Below are positions 1 through 8,204 of a stretch of DNA of 64,000 nucleotides, piece by piece. The stretch's first letter is position 1. Each line of letters begins with the position of its first letter. The stretch lies in contig QOQW01000002.1 in NCBI GenBank assembly GCA_003327425.1, positions 223,972-287,971 on the forward strand, read 5' to 3'. Below the pieces are notes generated by a model, which worked only from the letters and a program-made list of their open reading frames with translations, was not told the DNA's origin and did not search any database. A program made the translations under genes and the position numbers. The stretch is from Candidatus Ozemobacter sibiricus (GTDB lineage Bacteria > Muiribacteriota > Ozemobacteria > Ozemobacterales > Ozemobacteraceae).

Positions 1-1
1 C

Positions 2-1630
2 GGCGTGTGCGGGATGGCCACCGAGATCACCGAGCGCAAACGCGCCGAAGAGGCGCTGCGCCAGAGCGAAGAGCAATTGCGCCATCTGATCGAGCATGCG
101 CCGGATGCGATCTTCGTGCAGACCCGCGGCCGTTTCGCCTTCCTCAATGCCGAGGCGCGGCGGCTGCTGGGCATCGAACGCGCCGAAGAGCTGCTCGGCC
201 AGCCGGTGATCGACCATTTCCCCCCCGAGTTCCGCGAGATCGTGGCCGACCGGATCAGAGAGTTGAACGAGGAGAAGAAGGCCGTGCCCCGGGCCGAAGA
301 AGCGATTCTGCGGGCCGATGGCCGCATCGTTCCGGTCGAGATGGCGGCGGTGCCGATGCGATACGAGGGCCAGGACGGAGCGCTGGTCTTCTTGCGGGAC
401 ATCACCGAGCGCCGCCTCGCCGAAACCGAGCAGGAACGCCTGCGCGGGCAGCTCGCCCAGGCCCAGAAGATGGAATCGATCGGACGACTGGCGGGCGGGG
501 TGGCCCATGATTTCAACAACATGCTCGGGGTCATCCTCGGGCATGCCGACCTGCTGGCCGATCAGTTGCCGCCTGATTCCCCGTTGGCCGAGGGCGTTCG
601 CCAGATCCGAGCCGCCGCCGAACACTCCGCCGAGCTGACCCGGCAACTGCTCGCCTTCGCGCGCAAGCAGCCCGTCGCCCCTCGCGTGATCGATCTGAAC
701 GAGGCGATCGCCGGCCAGTTGAAGATGCTGCGCCGCCTGATCGGCGAGAACATCGAGCTGGTCTGGGCGCCTGGTTCCGATCTCCGTCCGATCCGCATCG
801 ATCCGGGGCAGCTCGATCAGATCCTGACCAACCTGTGCGTCAATGCCCGCGACGCCATTGCCGGAACGGGGCGAGTGACCATCGAAACCGCCCGTGTCGT
901 GATCGCTCCGACCGATGCCGCTCGACCGGTGGAGATTCCGCCGGGCGAGTATGCGACTCTGGTGGTCAGCGATACCGGCCATGGCATGGATCAGGAGACT
1001 CTGGCCCATCTGTTCGAACCCTTCTTCACCACCAAAGAACTCGGCCGCGGCACCGGCCTGGGCCTGGCCACCGTCTACGGGATCGTCAAGCAGAATCAGG
1101 GGTTCATCCTGGTCGACAGCCGGCCGGGGCATGGCACCGTTTTCCGCATCTTCTTCCCGCCCTATGGGGAACGCTCGGCCGCCACCACCTTGGACCGCCG
1201 GCCCGCGCCTGGTGGCGCTCAGACCACTTCGCCTCCTGCCGCGGCAGAGGAACGCCCGACCATCCTGCTGGTCGAGGATGAAGCGGCCCTGCTCACGCTG
1301 ACCCGCAAGATGCTGGAGGGCCTGGGCTATCGGGTGCTGGCCGCGGTGTCGCCCGGGCAGGCTCTCGAACTGGCCCGCGCGCACACGGGCCGGATCGATC
1401 TGCTGCTGACCGATGTGGTGATGCCCGACATGAACGGCCGCGAGCTGGCCCACGCGCTACAGGCCCACCACCCCGCCCTGAAGAGCTGTTTCATGTCCGG
1501 CTACACCGCCGAGGTGATTGCCCAGCACGGCGTGCTCGAACCGGGGGTCGTCTTCCTGCACAAACCCTTCACCCGCCAGGACCTGGCCGAGAAGGTCCGG
1601 GAGGCCCTGACCGGCCGCCCTCCCTCGTGA
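2..1630 (+). CDS. PAS-domain hybrid sensor histidine kinase/response regulator (5'-truncated by window edge)
   Basis: The frame is open from the window edge (GVCGMATEITERK, a PAS C-terminal signature). It has a PAS domain, H-box 'GGVAHDFNNML', N-box 'NLCVNARDA', G-boxes 'DTGHGM' and 'GTGLGL', and a C-terminal receiver 'LLVEDE...TDVVMP...SG...KP'. Confidence 0.95.
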   Translation, partial: GVCGMATEITERKRAEEALRQSEEQLRHLIEHAPDAIFVQTRGRFAFLNAEARRLLGIERAEELLGQPVIDHFPPEFREIVADRIRELNEEKKAVPRAEEAILRADGRIVPVEMAAVPMRYEGQDGALVFLRDITERRLAETEQERLRGQLAQAQKMESIGRLAGGVAHDFNNMLGVILGHADLLADQLPPDSPLAEGVRQIRAAAEHSAELTRQLLAFARKQPVAPRVIDLNEAIAGQLKMLRRLIGENIELVWAPGSDLRPIRIDPGQLDQILTNLCVNARDAIAGTGRVTIETARVVIAPTDAARPVEIPPGEYATLVVSDTGHGMDQETLAHLFEPFFTTKELGRGTGLGLATVYGIVKQNQGFILVDSRPGHGTVFRIFFPPYGERSAATTLDRRPAPGGAQTTSPPAAAEERPTILLVEDEAALLTLTRKMLEGLGYRVLAAVSPGQALELARAHTGRIDLLLTDVVMPDMNGRELAHALQAHHPALKSCFMSGYTAEVIAQHGVLEPGVVFLHKPFTRQDLAEKVREALTGRPPS

Positions 1631-1695
1631 GACGCACCTTCGCTTGTCGGTGAGGCGATGGGCGTGTCGCCGACCGCCTTGGGCAGAAGACCGCC

Positions 1696-1724
1696 TTGAC
1701 CCTTCCTATCGGCCAGATTATCAT
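1696..1724 (+). promoter_or_regulatory. sigma70-type promoter for the B12-protein/PP2C/kinase operon
   Basis: TTGACC (1696-1701), a 17-nt spacer and TATCAT (1719-1724). SD-like GGAGAGGA at 1766-1773 precedes ATG 1785. Confidence 0.55.
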
Positions 1725-1784
1725 GGGGTGAGCCTCCCACGCCGCCATCACCGGCTCCAGAGGCTGGAGAGGACATCGCAGGTC

Positions 1785-2900
1785 ATGATCAACCAGGGCA
1801 AAGATGTACCGACACCGCTCGGAGGCTGGCCTAAAATCCCTCCCGAAGCGGCTGCCAGCTATGAGGCGGCCCAGGATCGTTTGATCAGCGAGGTGGAAGC
1901 AGCCATCGGGACGGATCCCCGCCTGACCGAGGTCTGGGGGCAGCCCCGTCTGCGTGAACTGCTGCACCTCAACCATCAGAACCACGCCCGATTCATGGCG
2001 ACCGTCTTCCAGCTGGGGGCCTACCAGATGCTTGAACGGGTGCTGCCCTGGGCGTATCGGGCGTATTCCCATCGCGGGGTGCCTTTCGCCTATTTCGAGG
2101 TGGCCCTCCCAGCTTGGCGGCAGGCGGTCACCCGGCATCTGCCGATTGATCACCAACCCGATATTCTGGCGGTCTACGACTGGATGATCGCCCAACATGA
2201 GGCGCTGGTAGCCGAAGCCAGGCGCCCTCTGCCCCCCCGCCGCAGTTCTGGAGCCCATCAGGTGTTCTTGACGACGTTGCGGGCCGGCGATTTCCGGGGA
2301 GCCCTGGCGCTGGCCCGCCAGCGGGTCACCAAACCGGATGATCTGGCGCCTTTCTTCCAGGATGTCATCCGGCCGGCGATGGTCGAAATCGGCCTCCTCT
2401 GGGAAAGCGGCGAACTCAGCGTCGCCCAGGAACATCTGTTGACCGCCCAGGTCACCATGATCCTTTCCCATCTCTATTGCACCGCGCTGCAGGCGCCGCG
2501 CACCCGGGGCAAAGCCGTGGTGTCGGCCGCGCCCAACGAGTTCCACGAGCTGGGCGCCTTGATGGTGGCGCAAGCCCTGGAGGCCGACGGCTGGTCGGTC
2601 ATCTTCACCGGCGCCAACACGCCGTTGCACGATCTGCGCGAACTGGTCCGCCGCGAGAAGCCGATCTTCCTGGCGATTTCGGTAACCATGCCGTACCATC
2701 TGCCGGCCGTCCGTGATTTCATCGTATCCTGCCGCGCCGATGAAGAGTTGCGACCGCTCCGGATCATGGTCGGCGGACAGGCCGTGACGCTCGCCCCCGA
2801 CCTCCTCCGTCTCCTGCAGGCCGATGGAACGGCCGACTCCTGCGTCGAGGCGGTGCAATTGGCTCGCAACTGGGAATGTCAACGAAACCAGCGAGGGTGA
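1785..2900 (+). CDS. Globin-like domain + CarH-type cobalamin-binding protein with no DNA-binding domain (371 aa)
   Basis: Start re-chosen at ATG 1785 on the SD. The four-helix cap has W-x9-EH ('LWESGELSVAQEH') and the Rossmann domain has E-x-H-x2-G ('PNEFHELG'), plus 'FTGANTP' and 'IMVGGQA'. The N-terminal ~130 aa all-helical region ('NHQNHARFMATVF...WAYRAYSHRG...W') looks globin-like. Confidence 0.85.
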   Translation: MINQGKDVPTPLGGWPKIPPEAAASYEAAQDRLISEVEAAIGTDPRLTEVWGQPRLRELLHLNHQNHARFMATVFQLGAYQMLERVLPWAYRAYSHRGVPFAYFEVALPAWRQAVTRHLPIDHQPDILAVYDWMIAQHEALVAEARRPLPPRRSSGAHQVFLTTLRAGDFRGALALARQRVTKPDDLAPFFQDVIRPAMVEIGLLWESGELSVAQEHLLTAQVTMILSHLYCTALQAPRTRGKAVVSAAPNEFHELGALMVAQALEADGWSVIFTGANTPLHDLRELVRREKPIFLAISVTMPYHLPAVRDFIVSCRADEELRPLRIMVGGQAVTLAPDLLRLLQADGTADSCVEAVQLARNWECQRNQRG

Positions 2901-4156
2901 GCGAATCGTTGCCGCGACGAGAAGCCCTCGCCCAAGCCTGTCACACCTTCTGCGAAGAGGCGGCAAACCTGTTCCTCGTCGAAGTCGAGCCAGACAGCAC
3001 CATTTGCCATGCCAATCGCTGCTTTCTGCGCAAAGCCAGGCTGATCGACCTGCCTCGCGGCCAGACGATCGGCACGCTGCTTGCGCCGGCCGCCGCCGGC
3101 GAGACGCCTGACCAACCAGCCCCACCGCCGCCCCCTCCCTGGGAAGATGCTTCCGAGAGCAGACCGAGCCTCGCCGAAGGGGGGGCTTCTTCGCTTCCCG
3201 TCCTGGTGCGATTCCGTTCTTCCCATCGGCTATTCCAGGCCCGGTGGTTTCCGTGGCCAGAGGGCGGGGGGCTCTTGCTGGGGGAGGCCCTGGGCGACAC
3301 CGACAGCGCCATGGGCACCGCCATCTCGGCGGTCTCTGCCGAAATGACCCGGCTGGTGCGCGAACTGCAGCGGCAGCAGGCCCTGCTGCGCGAAGATCTG
3401 CAAGCCGCGGCAGTCATCCAGCAGTGCCTGCTGCCACAAGCCCTGCCCGACCTGGGAGGATTCCGCTGTGCCTGGCGGTTCCAGCCCTGCGCCGAAGTGG
3501 GTGGCGATCTGTTCCAGGTGCTTCCCCTCGGCCCGGGCCGAGCAGGAGTCTGCATCCTCGACGTGGCGGGACATGGCGTGCGAGCCGCGATGTTGACCGT
3601 CGCCATCGCCCAGGCCCTCGGACCGGATTCGCCGCTGGTGTTCGAAGGCCCGCCTGGCGACCGGCGGCCCGCCCGCCCCGGGACGGTCTTGGCGCGCCTC
3701 GATGCCGAGTTCCCCTTCGAACGGTTCGAGACCTACTTCACCATGGTCTATCTGATTCTCGACGGCCACCGCGGCACCGTGCGCCTGGCCAGCGCCGGCC
3801 ATCCGCACCCGCTGGTGATGTCGGCCGGCACGCAGGTGCGCACCCTGCCCGGCACCGGCCCCATCGTCGGCTTCGGCACCATCGACCCCGAAGAAGAGCA
3901 CGAGATCGAACTGGCGCCGGGTGACCGCCTGGTGCTGTTCAACGACGGGGTCACCGAGCGTCGCAATGGCCACGGGAAGTTCTGGGACGTGCCAGGGTTG
4001 ACCGCCGCCTTGACAGCCACTCAAGCCCTGCCGCTCGATGAGGCATTGGAAGCGATTCTGGAGCGGGTCACCGCGTACGGCGAGGGCCGCCCATTCGAAG
4101 ACGACCTGACCCTGCTCGCCTTTGAATTCTGCGGACCTCGAGTCACCGAACCATGA
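2897..4156 (+). CDS. PP2C/SpoIIE (RsbU-like) Ser/Thr phosphatase with a degenerate PAS-like N-terminus
   Basis: The GTG start overlaps the upstream TGA (GTGA 2897-2900). Motifs 'GGDLF', 'ILDVAGHG', 'SAGHP', 'FNDGVTE' and 'DDLTLL' retain the metal-binding Asp residues. Confidence 0.92.
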   Translation: MSESLPRREALAQACHTFCEEAANLFLVEVEPDSTICHANRCFLRKARLIDLPRGQTIGTLLAPAAAGETPDQPAPPPPPPWEDASESRPSLAEGGASSLPVLVRFRSSHRLFQARWFPWPEGGGLLLGEALGDTDSAMGTAISAVSAEMTRLVRELQRQQALLREDLQAAAVIQQCLLPQALPDLGGFRCAWRFQPCAEVGGDLFQVLPLGPGRAGVCILDVAGHGVRAAMLTVAIAQALGPDSPLVFEGPPGDRRPARPGTVLARLDAEFPFERFETYFTMVYLILDGHRGTVRLASAGHPHPLVMSAGTQVRTLPGTGPIVGFGTIDPEEEHEIELAPGDRLVLFNDGVTERRNGHGKFWDVPGLTAALTATQALPLDEALEAILERVTAYGEGRPFEDDLTLLAFEFCGPRVTEP

Positions 4157-7116
4157 CGGAGCATAATCTGCCGCCTTCGTCCCCGCCATGGGCCCTCATC
4201 GCCATCGCTGGCTTGGCCAGTCTGCTCATCGCCCTGGGAGGCTACCTCTTCTTCCGCCAGGAGGAGATGGCCATTCGCCAGGCCCGCCAGGCCGAATTGA
4301 AAGCCATCGCCGACCTGAAGACCGCCAGTCTCCTCGCCTGGCGGAGAGAACGCCTGACCGATGTCGCCATGAACGCCAGCGGGATCCTGCGGCTCCTCCT
4401 CACCCAATGGCTGGCCGAGCCGAGCGCTCCCCAAGCCACCTCAGAATTGCTGGCACGACTGACGCTGTTCTGCCAAGGCGAAGGCTACCGGAGCATGATC
4501 ATCGCGCGCCCCGACGGCACCATCCTCCTCAGCAACGACCCACACATCACCTGTTTGGATGAGCCGACCAAGGAGGTGGTCCGCAGGGCGGTCGGTTCGG
4601 GTGGCCCCGCGCTGGGAGATCTGTACCGCTGTCAACTCTGTCAGGGGGTCCACATCGACGTGGCCGCCCTCATTGCCGCTGCTGACGGCAACCCCCTTGG
4701 GGTGTTGATCGCCCGCTCCGACCCCGAGGCGTTTCTGTTCCCGCTGATCCAGTCGTGGCCGACTCCCAGTCCGACCTCGGAGACTCTCCTGGTACGGCGC
4801 GAAGGAGAACACGTGGTCTTCCTCAATCGGCTTCGCCATATCGCTGATGCTCCTCTCACCAAGCGGGTCCCCCTCACCGCCATCGACGTTCCCGCGGTCC
4901 AGGCCGTTTTAGGGCGGAGCGGCGTGTTCGAAGGGCGCGATTATCGGGATATCGAAGTGCTGGCCGATCTGCGACCGATTCCCGACTCGCCCTGGTTCAT
5001 GGTGGCCAAGGTCGATCGCGCCGAGATGCTGGCCGAACTCGAATTTCGGCGCCGCAGTGCGATCGTGTTCGTCCTGCTTCTGGTCGCCTTGGTCACCGGG
5101 GCCGCCTTTCTGACGCATGCGAGGCAGCAACGGCAACTGCTGCTCGACCTGCTGCAGACGCGCCAGGAACGCGACGCCGCGCGGGACGAAACCCGAGCGG
5201 TGCTCTACGGGATCGGGGACGCAATCATCGCCACCGATCAGGAAGGCCGCGTCACCCGAATGAATCGGGTGGCCGAAACCCTCACCGGATGGACCGAGAA
5301 CGAAGCGAGAGGCCGCCCCCTCCCCGAGATCTTCCGCATCGTACACGAGCAGACCCGCCAACCGGTGGAGGATCCGACCCGACGGGTCCTGCGGGAAGGG
5401 CTCATCGTCAATCTCGCCCAGCCCACCCTGTTGATCGCCCGCGACGGCACCGCGCGCCCCATCGCCGACAGCGGCGCTCCGGTCCGGGGCAGCCAGGGCG
5501 AGATCATCGGCGCCGTCCTCGTCTTCCGCGACCAGACCGCCGAACGGGCCGCGCAACGACGCCTCGCGGAAAGCGAGGAACGGTTCCGCCTCCTCTTCGA
5601 ATCGGCGCCCGATGCAGTGTTTGTCGTGACCGACGGGAACTTCGCCTACCTCAATCCAGCCGCCGTCCGACTGTTCGGCGCCGACTGCGCCGAAGCGCTG
5701 GTCGACACGCCATTCGTAGAGCGGGTGGCCCCTGACACCAGAGAGGGCGCGACCTCCCTTCTGAAGAAAAGCGGACCCGGTCCAGGGGTTTCCCCTCTGG
5801 AACAGACCTACCGGCGCCTCGATGGAACCCCGGTTCCGGTCGAAGCGACCGCCATCCGGATCCTCTTCCAGGGCCGGCCTTCGCATCTGGTCTTCGCTCG
5901 CGATATCACCGAAAAGCAGCTTCGCGAACAGGAACGCGCCACCATGGAACGGAAACTCCGGCAGGCCCAGAAGATGGAGTCGGTGGGACGCCTGGCCGGG
6001 GGCATCGCCCACGATTTCAACAACCTGCTCACCGCCATCACCGGCTACGCCGAGTTCCTGTTCGACAGCCTGCCGGTCGGTGATGCCCGCCGGGAAGACG
6101 TGCGACAGATCCTGTCGGCGGGAGAGCGAGCCGCCAGCCTGACCCGGCAGTTGCTGGCCTTCAGCCGGCAACAGATCCTCACCCCTCAGACGACCGATCT
6201 CAACGGGGCGGTAGGGAACATGGCCAGGCTGCTCACCCGCCTCATCGGCGAGGACATCCACCTGGAAACCCGCCTGGCTCCTGCCCCCTGCCGGATCCGG
6301 ATCGATCCCAGCCAGCTCGATCAGATCCTGGTCAACCTGGCCGTGAACGCGCGCGATGCGATGCCGAACGGCGGCCGATTGATCATCGGCACGCGTGTGT
6401 TGCCACCGACCACTGGAGGAACGCCGCGCTTGCCCAGCTTGGGCGCAGGGGCTTTGGTGGAGTTGTCGGTCTCCGACACCGGGTACGGCATGGGCTTGGA
6501 AATCCAGGAACGGTTGTTCGAGCCCTTCTTCACCACCAAAGAAGCGGGCAAGGGCTCCGGGCTCGGCCTGGCCACCGTGTACGGCATCGTCAAGCAGAGC
6601 GGCGGCGAGATCGAGTGCGAGAGCCAGCCGGGCCGGGGAACGACGTTCCGGATCTACTTCCCCGAAGCCGCCGGCGAACCTTTGACGGTCCCGGCGGCCA
6701 GCCCGACCGCCACCGAGGCGCGGCCAGGCCACGAGACCATCCTCCTGGTGGAAGACGAAGACCTGCTGCGCCGGCTGACCGAGCGCGTGCTGCAAGGCCA
6801 CGGCTATGCCGTGCAGACGGCCGCCAGTGGCGAGGCGGCCCTGCGCCTCGTCGCCACCCTGCCCCGCCCGGTCGACCTGCTGATCACCGACGTGGTGATG
6901 CCCGGCATGGACGGGCGGACCCTGGCCAAGGCGGTCCACCAGCAGGGCAAGGCTCGACGGGTGCTCTATATCTCTGGCTATACCGATGACGCGATCGTCC
7001 GTCACGGCGTGCTCGAACCAGGCCTGGCCTTCTTGTACAAGCCGTTCACCCCAGCGGGGTTCCTGCGCAAGGTGCGTGAGGTTCTCGACGGGCCGGCGGA
7101 CCAGGCCCGCCCCTGA
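4153..7116 (+). CDS. Membrane hybrid histidine kinase (TM-Cache-like-TM-PAS-PAS-HK-REC)
   Basis: ATGA overlap with the PP2C stop. Two TM segments flank an extracytoplasmic domain, followed by two PAS domains, '[11 protein letters not shown]', 'NLAVNARDA', 'GSGLGL' and receiver 'TDVVMP'. Confidence 0.95.
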   Translation: MTEHNLPPSSPPWALIAIAGLASLLIALGGYLFFRQEEMAIRQARQAELKAIADLKTASLLAWRRERLTDVAMNASGILRLLLTQWLAEPSAPQATSELLARLTLFCQGEGYRSMIIARPDGTILLSNDPHITCLDEPTKEVVRRAVGSGGPALGDLYRCQLCQGVHIDVAALIAAADGNPLGVLIARSDPEAFLFPLIQSWPTPSPTSETLLVRREGEHVVFLNRLRHIADAPLTKRVPLTAIDVPAVQAVLGRSGVFEGRDYRDIEVLADLRPIPDSPWFMVAKVDRAEMLAELEFRRRSAIVFVLLLVALVTGAAFLTHARQQRQLLLDLLQTRQERDAARDETRAVLYGIGDAIIATDQEGRVTRMNRVAETLTGWTENEARGRPLPEIFRIVHEQTRQPVEDPTRRVLREGLIVNLAQPTLLIARDGTARPIADSGAPVRGSQGEIIGAVLVFRDQTAERAAQRRLAESEERFRLLFESAPDAVFVVTDGNFAYLNPAAVRLFGADCAEALVDTPFVERVAPDTREGATSLLKKSGPGPGVSPLEQTYRRLDGTPVPVEATAIRILFQGRPSHLVFARDITEKQLREQERATMERKLRQAQKMESVGRLAGGIAHDFNNLLTAITGYAEFLFDSLPVGDARREDVRQILSAGERAASLTRQLLAFSRQQILTPQTTDLNGAVGNMARLLTRLIGEDIHLETRLAPAPCRIRIDPSQLDQILVNLAVNARDAMPNGGRLIIGTRVLPPTTGGTPRLPSLGAGALVELSVSDTGYGMGLEIQERLFEPFFTTKEAGKGSGLGLATVYGIVKQSGGEIECESQPGRGTTFRIYFPEAAGEPLTVPAASPTATEARPGHETILLVEDEDLLRRLTERVLQGHGYAVQTAASGEAALRLVATLPRPVDLLITDVVMPGMDGRTLAKAVHQQGKARRVLYISGYTDDAIVRHGVLEPGLAFLYKPFTPAGFLRKVREVLDGPADQARP

Positions 7117-7230
7117 TCGCCCCACCGCTCGCGGCACGTTCCGCGGGCAAGGCGGAGCCCCCGTCGCCGGCCGGGCGTCCTGGCCGACGGCGCGGGTTTT
7201 CCTGATGGCTGTGCAACCTTGGCGTGGAAT

Positions 7231-7259
7231 TTGCCAAGAACGAACGACTCGGGTATAAT
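7231..7259 (+). promoter_or_regulatory. sigma70 promoter for rbr-rubredoxin
   Basis: TTGCCA (7231-7236), a 17-nt spacer and a perfect TATAAT (7254-7259). SD AAGGAGGA lies at 7331-7338. Confidence 0.7.
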
Positions 7260-7344
7260 GCGACCCTGATCGTTCCGATTCCGAGGCCCAAGGAGCGGTC
7301 TCGGGGTCGGTTTCCCACCACGATACCAGCAAGGAGGACTTCCC

Positions 7345-7935
7345 ATGCCCGAGTTCAAGAACTCTCGCACCTGCGGCAACCTGATGAAGGCGTTCGCCGG
7401 CGAATCGCAGGCCCGCAACCGGTACACCTACTATGCGTCGGTGGCCCGAAAGGAAGGCTATCACCAGATCGCCGAGATCTTCACCGAAACCGCCGAGAAC
7501 GAGAAAGAGCACGCCAAGCTGTTCATGAAGGCCCTGCTCAAGCATGGCATGAACGAGCAGATGGTCGAGATCAACGGGGCCTGCTACCCGGTGGCGTTCG
7601 GCGACACCCTGAAGAACCTGGGCTACGCGGCCGATGGCGAAAAGGAAGAATGGACCGCCATCTACCACGATTTCGCCAAGATCGCCGAGGAAGAGGGCTA
7701 CAAAGACGTCGCCACCGTCTTCAAGATGGTCGGACAGGTCGAGAAGCGCCACGAAGCCCGCTATCGCAAACTGGCCGAGAACATCAAGAAGCAGATGGTC
7801 TTCAAGCGCGATCAGAAAGTCGGCTGGATCTGCCGCAACTGCGGTCACGTGCATGAGGGCAACGAAGCCCCCGGCACCTGCCCGGTCTGCGACCATCCCC
7901 GCGAGTTCTTCCAGCTCTTCGTGGAAGCCTACTGA
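7345..7935 (+). CDS. rbr: Rubrerythrin
   Basis: 'AFAGESQARNRY', ExxH di-iron motifs 'ENEKEHA' and 'EKRHEARY', and a C-terminal rubredoxin-like 'CRNCG...CPVC'. Confidence 0.97.
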   Translation: MPEFKNSRTCGNLMKAFAGESQARNRYTYYASVARKEGYHQIAEIFTETAENEKEHAKLFMKALLKHGMNEQMVEINGACYPVAFGDTLKNLGYAADGEKEEWTAIYHDFAKIAEEEGYKDVATVFKMVGQVEKRHEARYRKLAENIKKQMVFKRDQKVGWICRNCGHVHEGNEAPGTCPVCDHPREFFQLFVEAY

Positions 7936-7956
7936 GTCGAAGAGAGCCTGGACATC

Positions 7957-8094
7957 ATGAAAAAATACGTCTGCGATGCCTGCGGCTACGTCTACGATCC
8001 CGCCGAACACAACAACGTCCCGTTCGAGAAGCTGCCCGACGACTGGACCTGCCCTGTCTGCGGGGTAGGCAAGGACATGTTCAGCCCTCAGTAA
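7957..8094 (+). CDS. rub: Rubredoxin, short 45-aa type (not in the ORF track)
   Basis: Translated by hand: [45 protein letters not shown]. It has two CxxCG motifs and 'LPDDW'. Confidence 0.95.
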   Translation: MKKYVCDACGYVYDPAEHNNVPFEKLPDDWTCPVCGVGKDMFSPQ

Positions 8095-8126
8095 CGACCG
8101 GTTGCGACCGTTTCTCCGCTTCCGCG

Positions 8127-8160
8127 AACGCCGCGGCGGGCCTTCCGTCGCGGCGTTTTC
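8127..8160 (+). terminator. Probable intrinsic terminator after rubredoxin, possibly bidirectional
   Basis: 13-bp stem AACGCCGCGGCGG / CCGTCGCGGCGTT (one G:U pair) with a 5-nt loop, followed by TTTC. It lies between convergent genes. Confidence 0.6.
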
Positions 8161-8204
8161 GCTGTCGGCGGGGCACTCGCGCGCCGAAGGGCGGCCCTCG
8201 CGTG

